From Marsupella aquatica (lineage: Eukaryota; Plantae; Marchantiophyta): a DNA stretch of 64,000 nucleotides. Numbering within the stretch: the stretch's first letter is position 1; each line of letters begins with the position of its first letter. A program made the translations under genes and the position numbers. Shown piece after piece: positions 13,001 to 23,640 of this stretch. The notes under the pieces were generated by a model. It did no database searches, was not told where the DNA came from, and was given only the letters and a program-made list of their open reading frames with translations. Location: the NCBI GenBank assembly GCA_973895155.1, contig OZ316896.1, forward strand, positions 22,463,722 to 22,527,721, written 5' to 3'.

Positions 13001-14004
13001 CGAGTCAGGGCACTTTCACAAGTGATCGAACATGGATGCTAACTCGGTGATCTACCTACAGTAGACTTAGAAGGTGATGGTACAGAAGGAGCTCAAATCA
13101 GAGACTGTTGGACTGTCATCTCCATAACGTGAGGGTTGGTTCTAGAAACAAAGTCTCTCCGACTCTACAGAACACCAAACGACTTCAAAGCTGTTCAATT
13201 GTTACAGATAAGTAACTCGGAGGATCAATGTATCTCCCCTGCTGTACAAGCTCGGAGGATCCATCTATCTCTCCTGGAAATGGGAGAGCCTACAGGACTC
13301 GGTGTAGGCACAACAGAATGGAGGGAAGATTCAAACAAACCAGAGTAGGGACACAGAGCGAGAGAGGGAACTCACCGCAAGGGTCTGTTGGCAAAAGCAG
13401 TCGATAGAGAGTCGATCAAACAGACAAGCGACAAATACACATGTTAGAGACTCCTCGATGAAGCTCAAGACTACAAGAGAAGTCTAATTGAAAAACTCAA
13501 GCTGCTATAGTCCAACGAGAAGTAAAATGACGAAGAAAACCAGGACTAATATGCCAGTATATATAGAGAGCAATAAAATAACCTTAGAACGACTATTTCT
13601 CGAACATGGACAGGAGGGAAGGGAATGGACGAGGAGACCATACCACTCATGTAATTCCGCTCGGGTTGGAAGTGAAAGGACAGGCGTTGTGATTTGAGGA
13701 ACTCGGCATTGTCGGCAGGCGAGTTCGCACCATCCCCGTCAAGGCCCTCAGTCTGCAAGTTGTAAGAGACGAAAACGGCGCTAGCGAGCAAAATGGCTGC
13801 AATGCAGCAAATCCCCACTACGAGGAGAGTGTTCCGGCCCTTCTGTGGAAGAAAGCCCCCTCCAACCGCCTGTCTCTCTTCACCACCAGCCTCTGCTTCG
13901 GGGAGTGCAACGTAGTCGCCATTCACACGGGAAATCCTATCATTCACTTGACTCTCAGGATCTACCTCCCTCAACAACGGCGACTCGATCTCAGAAGTCC
14001 CCAT
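10025..14004 (-). CDS. GH32 vacuolar-invertase-type enzyme with fructosyltransferase-like active site (candidate 1-SST/6-SFT-like)
   Basis: Exons 14004-13644, 13384-13376 (9-nt mini-exon), 12612-11684, 11546-11385, 10687-10358, 10210-10025, all GT-AG and in frame. N-terminal YVALP motif plus TM anchor, FHFQP, YMSDPCAP, HLFYQYNP, WSGYA, DFRDP, WECLD, GKFYASKTFFD, and a C-terminal beta-sandwich with LVDHSMVETF. Confidence 0.95.
13376..13384 (-). other. 9-nt mini-exon of the GH32 gene (ACCCTTGCG, encoding D-P-C of the sucrose-binding box)
   Basis: Minus strand reads ttttgccaacag|ACCCTTGCG|gtgag; it joins ...TAC ATG AGT G to CT CCT CTG TAC in frame. Confidence 0.93.
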
Positions 14005-15007
14005 CCTCCCCGCACTCACTTCGTCTCGTGGTCTTCAAGACAGACGATTCTTCTTTCAACCCCGACAAGAGATTGCTGTTCACGTGCAGAACTCGTTCTC
14101 GCTCACTCTTTCCCTCTATTGATCTCCTCCCTTTACAACAAACTGAGACCACACTACTCAATCCCTTGGCTGAAATACAGAGCTGCGCAGAGCTCGCTCC
14201 CACCCGCACAGCAATCCATCCAGCACAATGAGTGACTGATATGCCACGAAAGGAGTTTCCACTACTCCACTGTCTGCTGTCAATCAGTCCCTCTGGAGGC
14301 AGCGAGCTGCCAGTCTGGAAAATTATGAGAGGCACGAGAAATGTACGTCTCGGGAATTCGGAGCTCCCCTCCTCTCAACTCCGCAGAATCCCACTCAACC
14401 CACCGCACACTTGAATGTGCTACTACTCAAGCGAGAGATGTTGTCGACGAATTGAGTTGGAATATAGCGGAATCGCATGGAGAGTCGAGCGCCTCGAAGA
14501 GACGAAGACTGCCTTCGACTGCGGCTGCTGAGGGACGAGCGCCGTATTTATGCCCCGAGCAGGAAAATTCTGGCCGTCCAAACAAAACGACGAAACAAAA
14601 ATAAAATACTCTCACCACCGAACAGCTGTCACGTTCTTTCTCCGCGTAGTACGGGGTTCGAACCCAGGACAGCTGCTTGTTAACCAGGCGTTCTTCCCCA
14701 TCTAACGGCTGGCGCGCTTCTGGGGGAAGATCTCGACCGTTGGAACACTTGTATTTGAAATTGAGAGGTCGAGGATTTTAGTGTCGCGGTCAGGCTGGCT
14801 GGCGTAGACTGGCTCTCAGCGCGGGCAAAGGAGAGGAGGGAAATCAAAGACCTCCTCTGGTGTGGGACAGAAGCGAAAGGACGGACGGTCGGGGGCGCAT
14901 CGGGCAGAGGGCCAGGGTGTCCCGAGTGTTACTTTTGGAGAATCAACGTCGCCCATGTACAGTCCCCTGTCTAAGTGCAGTGCAGGCTCCCGGGAAGGAA
15001 CCCCAAA

Positions 15008-15165
15008 CATGCACTTATAGGCCTTCTGCACTATGTCATAAGTGCATGGGATATAATTTCTTGTTTCTCTACACGTGCATGTTGCGAGGTAATGCATATT
15101 TGTTTGGGTCATGTCATGCACTAGGTCATAAGTGCATGGGATATAATTTCTGTATATGTGCATGT
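15008..15165. repeat. Two-copy ~90-bp tandem repeat
   Basis: gcacta(t/g)gtcataagtgcatgggatataatttc at ~15028 and ~15118. Confidence 0.7.
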
Positions 15166-16079
15166 TGCTAGCTCATGCATTTTCGCATGTCTTGTCATGT
15201 CATACACATTGGACTACAAATACCCAGGGCCCTCATGGTGCACAATTTCAACTGGATAAGTGCATGAAACCACAATGTGTAATTGTTTATTGCTACCATC
15301 TAAAGAAATTTTGTAATATTAGGGGACTCCATGACCTACCTGCAGTTACAATAGCTACAGAATGCATTTATGCATGGTGCACTTATGCAACTGTAGCTTA
15401 ATTTTCAAGGTTTTTTCATTTTCAATCTTTAAAGGTTTGTTCTTTTGGCCAGGAACCTTGCGTGAAAGAGAAGGTCCTTATTTAATTTTTGTACATTAGT
15501 CCCTAAACCCTACATATATTTCAGTCAAGTGTATTTAATAGTGTTATCTGAGTCCGTATTAATGTTCTGAGCAAGACCATCCAAGCTTTGCTAGTTCATC
15601 TGGGCTTCATAGACAAAATGGAGGTCCATCCAAGCTTTGCCAGTCCATCTAGGCTTCATAGGCAAAGTGGGGGTCCATCTGAGCTTAGTTTCCGGATCTC
15701 CCTTAATAAACTTTTGCAACCCTTTTTACGGACCCCATGGGAAGCTCTTTCCAAAATCTCTAGCACCACGTTGAGCCACATCATCAAGTTCACTCCCAAA
15801 CAGGAACAATGATGTTCACTACAAGAAACAAACAGAATTATTTGTGTTTGATGCAAGGCAAGGAAAACGAATTGTACTCAGAAACAGTAAAAAAATAAAA
15901 TTTAGAACAACAAAAATTGGGTAAAACATAGTTACCATTTTGATGTCAGTATTGTCAGTGATATTTCAGTGTTTCACATCAAAATACTTGTATTTTTCAA
16001 TTTTTTGCAAGCTCTTGAAAAAACCAACCAACAAACATATAGATAGTTAGGACCTCTTGGATTTCAGAATGTAAAGCAA

Positions 16080-16780
16080 AGCAAATAATCAATCTTCTTA
16101 GTACTTGATGAAATTTGTCAATGTTAGATTCATTGGAAAGCTAGCCAAAGAAATTTAGAAACTCATCACCTCTTTAATACTTGATAATATCTCCCAATGT
16201 CACACTCATTGAAAAGCTAGAGAAATTACAAATTATTATCTTCTTAGTACTCGAAGAAATCTATTAATCTTAAATTTGTTAGAAAGCTAGAGAAATTCAG
16301 AAACTCCTAATCTCAAAACCTCATAATCTCCTTGGTACTCTACAAAATCTATAAATGTTGGATTCATTGGAAAGCTAGAGAAAATTAGAAACTCATGATC
16401 TCTTTAGTACTTGACAAAAAACTCTCAAATGTCACCCTCTAGAAAGCTAGAGAGATTTATGACCTCCTCAGTATCTACTTGACAAAATCTAACATGAAAT
16501 TTGTCAATGTTGGACTCAATGTTGAAAAGCAAGACGAATTCATGAACTCATGATCAGGAATCTCTAAATGTCACACTCATGGGAAAAGAAGAAAATTTCA
16601 GAAATTCATTTGGTACTTTATTAAATCTATCAATGTGAGACAATTATTGAAAAGAGAGAAATTGATAAACTCGTGATCTCCTTGGTACTTGACTAAATCT
16701 GCCAATGTGATGCTCATTGAAAACCAAAAAAAGTAATTCAATAAATCATGATCTCTTTTATTACTCAACTCCCAATGAAA
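16080..16780. repeat. Degenerate minisatellite with a ~60-70-bp unit
   Basis: Recurring ...gaaagctagagaaatt.agaaactcatgatctc.ttagtacttgac.aaatct..caatgt...actcatt... about 9-10 times. Confidence 0.75.
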
Positions 16781-19700
16781 CCTTTTGTGCATTCAAAACA
16801 TTGAGAATGAGTCTAACATTGGCAGATTTTGTTATTACTAAGAAGATCATGGGCTCTCAACCAATTTAGTTTTCATGAGTTTGATAAACAGGTTGAGGGC
16901 CATTTGAACTCAAACTTCCAAATATCTGGACAGATACATAATGAGTGGAGACGACTCCAATTTGCCTTAAATATTCAAACTCAGGGTCCCATTCAGGTAT
17001 GGAGTGGACCCAAGTATATGCTGAGATGGAATGATTATTTTGTCTAGAATTTTAGAATTGTTGAGTCTCATTCATTGTAGGGAGTTTCTTAATTAATTAA
17101 TTTCATGTCATTTCAAAGTATTATTGGTCGAGAGTCTATGTAGAAATTGGCCCTCCAGATTTGCTTTGGTGAAGATGTGCCCCCAACCTCTGGTAAAGCC
17201 ATTGTTAGTAGTCAGCATTTTCTGGGGTTATATTAACAAAATGTAGATGTACCCTGATAGCAACACGAGTGAGGATGCTCTGACTGCCAGACTGCAATCT
17301 GTTTATTTAGTCCACACCAGAATTACGGAAGGTCCAAACTAGATTGAACAAATCAAAGTCAATGGTATGGTACCATGGACACATCACACATGATGATGAT
17401 GATGTTTGCCCACTTGGTTCTAGCCTCTTGGAAGATATCATCAAACAGTATAATACCCTATCTCGTCAAAATGTTCATTGATCCGTTTACAAAACAAAAA
17501 AAAGTATGGGTTAATACTCGCCCTTCATAAAAACCTGGTCTATTTTGCACCGCAAGATGCCCCCATACACTCCTCCTGTCTCTAATCTCTGCCCAATAGT
17601 CTAAAATCATTACAAGACCATTGCAAAATCATTTTTTTGATCTGCAAGTTTCCACTCCACCTCTCACTCCATGTGATGTCTGTCTACAACATGTGCTCTG
17701 TCAATGCCAAATTCTTCCTATGATCTTGGTATTCCTTGAAAGGTCTGGAATTGGTTTGTGATTGCATAGCTAAGGAGAATGGCGTCCAATTGTGAGAGAC
17801 CCAGATTTATTTTCAGATCGTGTGAAGTCAATATTGGACAGAAATGACATGTGATAATTTAAACTTTTTAGATCTACAAAATAATGTTGGAGGTGGATAG
17901 TCTGTCTGCCATTGGGAGAGCTCAGTTCTTGGATCTTTCCAGCTTGGACTAACCACAATATTGTTCACTAGTTCTTGGGTTGTGATCATTCAACTCATAC
18001 CTATGAAACTAACTAGCTTAGTTAGGTCAGTTGGCCAGGGGATGAACCTGGAACTGAAAGGTATATGTGTGCGTGTGGGGTGGGTTTTGTGGGTAGTGGA
18101 TGGGAGTTTTGATTATCTACTCGGCCCCTGGTTGTCCTCTTTGTGGCCTTGCTTGAACCCTCTCTCCTTCCTGGTGCAGGTCACTGTTGGATCTGTGGGG
18201 GCTCACCCTTAACTGGGTTCTCTACAATGAATGTACGTCACTATCGGGGTGGGAGAAACTACTAAGTGTTCTTACTCATTTCAGTTCAAGACACACAGAC
18301 AAAAACCTCATACTTGTGAAGTTTCTATGGCTTGCCTTTGCTTGGAAGACTTCTTTTGACAGTATGGGGTTCATTTCCCCATGAGAGATTAGAGGAATAG
18401 AGCTCTATGAAGAGAGCTACAACACAAGAGCCTCACAGAGCAACAACATTGGTGACTTGTGCGGATCTAAGTAGGGAAATAACCGCATGGCCATAAATTA
18501 AATATCTCATGTGTTTAAAAGGGGGTAATTAATGAAAGTGGATACAATTTTTCTTTGCCATGTTAAGGGGGTTGAGCTTAAGAGCAGCATTGAGTGATGT
18601 GCAATTGACTACTCATAGACAACATGCACACATGAAACATTCAATGAGCAATTACTTAACACAAAAGATACTTAGTTCACCTCTCCATAGGCTACGTCAG
18701 TTGGAACACACAAGAGAGTTTCATTGCATTCTAGGCCCAGAAGCAATACCAAATCTTTACATCACTAAGTACCATATCTAACCTTGATCAAGGACCTAAC
18801 TATATGTTTACTAACTATGGTTACCAACTCTACACTCAAGGGTAAATGCCTACTGTAAATGATACAATTTTCTTATAAAACTTTTTCTTATGGCATAAGG
18901 CCCGAGACGTCAAAAAATAGTGTTAGGAGAATCGATCATGCCCACTTGCCTACCTACTTCCCTCACAAGTTGTAACGGCCAGCACTCAAAACGAATGAAT
19001 GTATTTTCTTGAAGAACTAAATTTTCAGTGATAAACTGTCACCCATACAATTCCTGCAACGCCTAGCCCACTAAAGTATCAAAAAAGGTGCGCTAATGTC
19101 CAGATTACAAAGCATCTTTCATCTAAGCTCATGACGAAGGAGTTACCTTAGGTTCTCAAACAAGGAGGACTGGGTTTTTACTGGTCACGACTGCATGCAC
19201 CCAAAACAAAAAAGGAACTAAATATACTAAGGGAAAAAGGACCACATGGTCTACTTGCAAAAAAGAAACTAACAGGGTAGAGGAAAAGTGAATCCCACAT
19301 GGTCTACTTTGAGCAAAGGCTGCCAATGCAAACGATGAACAACCAATACCTACGGCTAAATTAATATTTACTCTGCCTTGCATCGTGCAGCCTGTATAAG
19401 TGCATTTCGTGGCCATGTAGTCCCCAATATTAGAGCAATATCCCCTATCAATGCAGCAAAAAATTGCAGTTTGCATAAGTGCAAGTCAATCCTCAGTAAA
19501 CAGCAAATACTGATAGGGATAAATACATAACTGCATCTTTGTCTATAAGTTTACACATGCAATTGTCATTTACTTCAACTCATACATAAGTCACATTTAT
19601 TGATAAGTGAAACAAACAGCCGCATAAGTAGTTCCATGGATCCAGCTGAAATTTGCAATATGCAAGTTAGGGGTATGAGGGGTCTGATACATGTGTGTGA

Positions 19701-20319
19701 TCTGACAACACATATGAGTAAGTACATTACTCAATTTCCCTATCACTTACTAGTTAGTGCAAAATTGCACATATGGATAAGTGCATAAACAATATTTCAT
19801 GCACTTAACATAGTTCACTAGCTCAATGCTCTTGCATTGTACAATATTGTCAATAATAAATGATGTTGAGTTTAAGTGTTGTGGAGCATTAGTGAAATGG
19901 GGAGGCAGTTGGACACAGAGGGAGGGAGTCTATGAGCCGGTCTGGCAAATGCATTTCAATGATTGTACCAACTATCCAGGGAGTGATGATTTGGGTGTCA
20001 AAAGCTTGGCAATGACACTTTTGGGTCCATCTCATAGTGAAGAAAAAATAATGCCATAATCCAAGGGCTAGGGAGGCTTTCCAACATAACTACATTTGGT
20101 AAATAGAACATGAGAAAGAGCAGGATCACATATTACAGTGTTTTTGATCGATACATGTTTAGATATTGTGGATAAGTGCAGGCCCAGTCACAGTCCCAAG
20201 AGCATGCACTTATACAGGTAGGGGCACAAAATGGCTTCACAGTTGGGACTCAAACTCTGGAGATTTTGGCTGTCATCATGCAACACAGGGAATATCATTT
20301 GTGGCCCATATTTAAAAGA

Positions 20320-20712
20320 CTGGTTGAGAAAGAAGAGAACCAAAGTGAAGTCTCTGGGATCGAGAACAGTTGGACACTTCTGGTAGCCTTCAATCAAATA
20401 CTCCAATTACACGACAAGCTACAGATCAAATCTTTGAACCACCGAAACCTACGGCGAAAGTAATCTACACTGTGGCACAAACTACCGCCACCGTTGGACT
20501 GCAGTTCTGGGGAGTCTGGCACTCGTCATACAACACACGCAGCATCGTTTTTTTGGCTCATTCTTAAATTCTTAAAGAACTGGTTCTTGAGATTTGAGAA
20601 CGAAGCAAACCAAGTGGAGTCTCTGGGATCGAGAACAGTTGGACACTTCTGGTCGTCTTCAACCGAATACTCCAATTACACCGACAACCTGCAGATCAAA
20701 TCATAAACCACC
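20320..20712. repeat. Local direct duplication (~120 bp)
   Basis: accaa.gtg.agtctctgggatcgagaacagttggacacttctggt...atactccaattaca...cagatcaaatc at ~20340 and ~20610. Confidence 0.8.
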
Positions 20713-21584
20713 ACTAGCCGCATCCCTGGAGGCTGGAGACATCAGGCAGAGAAAGTTGAGAGAGATCGAGTCCACCCCTTAATATGGGACGATGTACAGA
20801 ACATTTGAATCTGTACTCTCTTGGAACTCCCGTCCCAAAAGTTGCGGTCCAGAGCTCGACAGATGCATACTCTCCACTTGGGAGGTGGAAATCTGTAGAA
20901 AAGGACTTTATTTTAAACTCCACTCTCAGACGGCCAGAGTGACTTGGGGCTGTTGGGCACGTCTTGGCTCTTTGCCAGAATGTGGTCAGCAACGAAGAAA
21001 ACTTGTGACCAGGAACGCTTCAGTCTACCATAGACCATAGCTTGATGAGTGATGATAGTGGGCTTAGCTCAGCAGCTTCCGTACTTGGAAGAGGACCAAA
21101 TCAATGTTGCTCAGCGATTCTTAGTTGCTGAAAGCTACTTTTACTTGCTTCGAAACTTTCACAGGTGGTACTTACACAATTTCCCAACCAAACCGTTCTT
21201 GGGGCAATTAAGGCATGGTCGCTAGCAATCCTACATGGCAAGTGCTATATTGAGCCCAACTAAGGGCGGCCTTGCATGTTCAAGGTCCATAGTTTTTCGG
21301 CCCTCAAGTAATCCCATGGCATTTCAAAACTCAGCGACAGTGGTGTATTTGGTGGAGAACAAAACTAGGGACTCATCCTGCCCTGTAGAATGAGGGGTGG
21401 AAACAACAAGAAAGACATGGGAGTGAGTGGGCGCATTACACCTATTTCCTTTGCTGATTATGTGCAAATTTCCCCACAATTCTGGGCTAGTAAGGACAGC
21501 TTTTTTGAAGACCTCACAATCTAATGTCTTCACAAATCTAATGTCTTCAAGGCTAATGTTAGACCTAGAGAGTCTATTTTTAAG

Positions 21585-22992
21585 ACTTGGCTCCTTTGGC
21601 ATTTGTATTTATTGAACTTCATTTCAAACTAAGTTTCAGAAAAGAGTATCAGAATTTATAAATCAGAGAGAAAAATAAAGTACAATGAAGGGAAAGAGTT
21701 CCAAAGAGGACAAACGAATTGTTTAGTTTGGAGTGTCCTTCGATTTCTTTGGTGCAATAAAGTCACAACTGTCCTGGGATCGTGTAAAGCCACCCCTGAG
21801 AGGGTTATGAAGGGGATAACAAGGCTCCTTAAATCTAGGGAAATAAATGGTCTCACTTGCATCCCCTGAAATGTTTGGTGACATAATTCTATTTCCCAAG
21901 GAAAGAAGGTAATCAATGTAGCTCCTGAGATGATTCTCAAACTTTGGCTCCTTGGTTCAAGGGATTTGCATTTATTAAACTTCACACACTTTTTGATCTT
22001 TAACCTCTCGTTAGAGCAAGAAGTGACCCTCTCTGCTCGTATCGTAAAGGCAGTAAGGCACTGTATGGGCGTTATTCCGCGGATCCCAATTGGGCTCCCT
22101 AAACTAGTGAAATAATAAGTCTCACGTGCTTGCATCCAATTTACAATATCTATTTCCCAAGGAAAGGTGAAAATAAATGAGCTCCAAAGCTGTTTTCCCA
22201 ACTTTGGCCCCTTCATTCAAGGGATTTGCATATATTGAACTCCATTTCAAATGATTTAAATTTTGGTCTGGAGTTTGGAGGATCTTCCTGACAAGAAGTG
22301 ACCATCCATTTTGCTTTGGTGAAGAAAAGTCATAAATGGTACTGGGCATTTAGTAAAGCCAGCCCTAAGAGTGTTATTGAGTGTATCTCAATGGGTTTCC
22401 TTAAATCCAGTGACCTAAAAGTGTCTCTCATTCATGTATCAGATATTCTATGACATAATGCTAGCCATTTACTCTTAGGTTTAGAGTTACTATGTAATCT
22501 CAGTTAGCCAAGCTACAATAGCATTTGGTTAAGGTTAGATGCGAACCTACTAGTTTCATTAGCATAACCTAGCCAGAGTGAAACCAGGCTCATTGTTATA
22601 GATCCGGAAGAGATCTGGAGAGTTTACTCTATGGAGACTTGGCATGACTAGTCTTGTAATTGAGTAAGTGTCTCTTCTATGTTCTTGTGGACATAACTTC
22701 TGGTGAGATGAATCACATATACTTGGTGTCGATTACTTGTGTGTTTGTTGGATGTTGTGCATGCGCATGCAATGTCCTCTTTGAAAAGCAATCTTTTTCT
22801 CAGCATGTACATAATTTATTTCCCACAGAAAGGAGGGTATAAATCTAGCTCCACAGTTGATTTCCAAAGTTTGGCTCAAGGGATTTGCATTTATTAAACT
22901 TCTTTTCTAAAGAGTTTTGGTTTGGCTTATCTTACTAACAAGGAGTCACCCTCCAAATTTGGTTTGGTGAGAAAAGTCACTAGTGTCCCCTT
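21585..22992. repeat. Degenerate tandem array (~260-350-bp unit) interrupted by the copia element; continues at 29547-29900
   Basis: Recurring ttggctc..caagggatttgcatttatt.aactt and ccttaaatctag.gaaataaa..gtctcac.tgcat at ~21590, 21945, 22205 and 22870; resumes after the right TSD. Confidence 0.65.
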
Positions 22993-23449
22993 TGTTGAGC
23001 ATAGACGACGATCGCAACGGCAAGCCCATGAACCATCCAACGCACAATAGTCGACACAAGAGATACGTGGTTCACCTCCTTGAGGCTACGTCCACGGGAA
23101 CACACAAGAGAGCTTTATTGAACTCTAAGCCCGTCGGCTATACCGAGTCTCCACAGTGTAAGCTCTCCCTATCTCTCAAGTGGCTCCATAACAATGAGCC
23201 TTGGTTCTACCTCTCCAAGCACACATGCCTCTTATGATATAGTGTGCAACTTAGTTGTACCTAACCACATAGTTGTACCTAATCACGTAGTTGTACCTAA
23301 CCACATAGTTGTACCTAATCACGTAGTTGTACCTAACCACATAGTTGTACCTAATCACGTAGTTGTACCTAACCACGTAGTTGTACCAACCCACGTTGTT
23401 GTACCAACCATGTCATACCTAACCTAGACGTAAGAGTAAATACCCAACA
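22993..23449 (-). repeat. 3' LTR (457 bp) containing an 18-bp tandem array
   Basis: Matches 29103-29541 apart from about 4 transitions and one extra tagttgtacctaa(c/t)cac(a/g) unit. Confidence 0.97.
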
Positions 23450-23640
23450 ATCTTCCCCTTGACTCTGGTCTAGGGGAGAGTAATACTGCCAATGTATATG
23501 ATCCCTCAGCGGGAAGTTCTGGACAGAAACCAAACCGGTTTCCCTCTCTAACTAGAGCAAACCAGAACTAAGCCGTAGCCTAATACATAGGAATGAGAAA
23601 GAGCATATATCAGTAATTACAATGAATGTTTAAGAAAACT

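Noticed and set aside
14640-14700. tRNA gene suggested by GGGTTCGAACCC
   Set aside because: Only a B-box/T-loop-like palindrome; I could not fold an acceptor stem or D arm, so at most a SINE relic
16800-21300. Short ORFs as genes or transposase relics
   Set aside because: No motif I can support; consistent with decayed intergenic repeats
23251-23415. 18-bp array (VVPNHI ORFs) as a CRISPR array or repeat protein
   Set aside because: No unique spacers; it is a head-to-tail repeat inside both LTRs and the ORFs are a by-product of the 18-nt period
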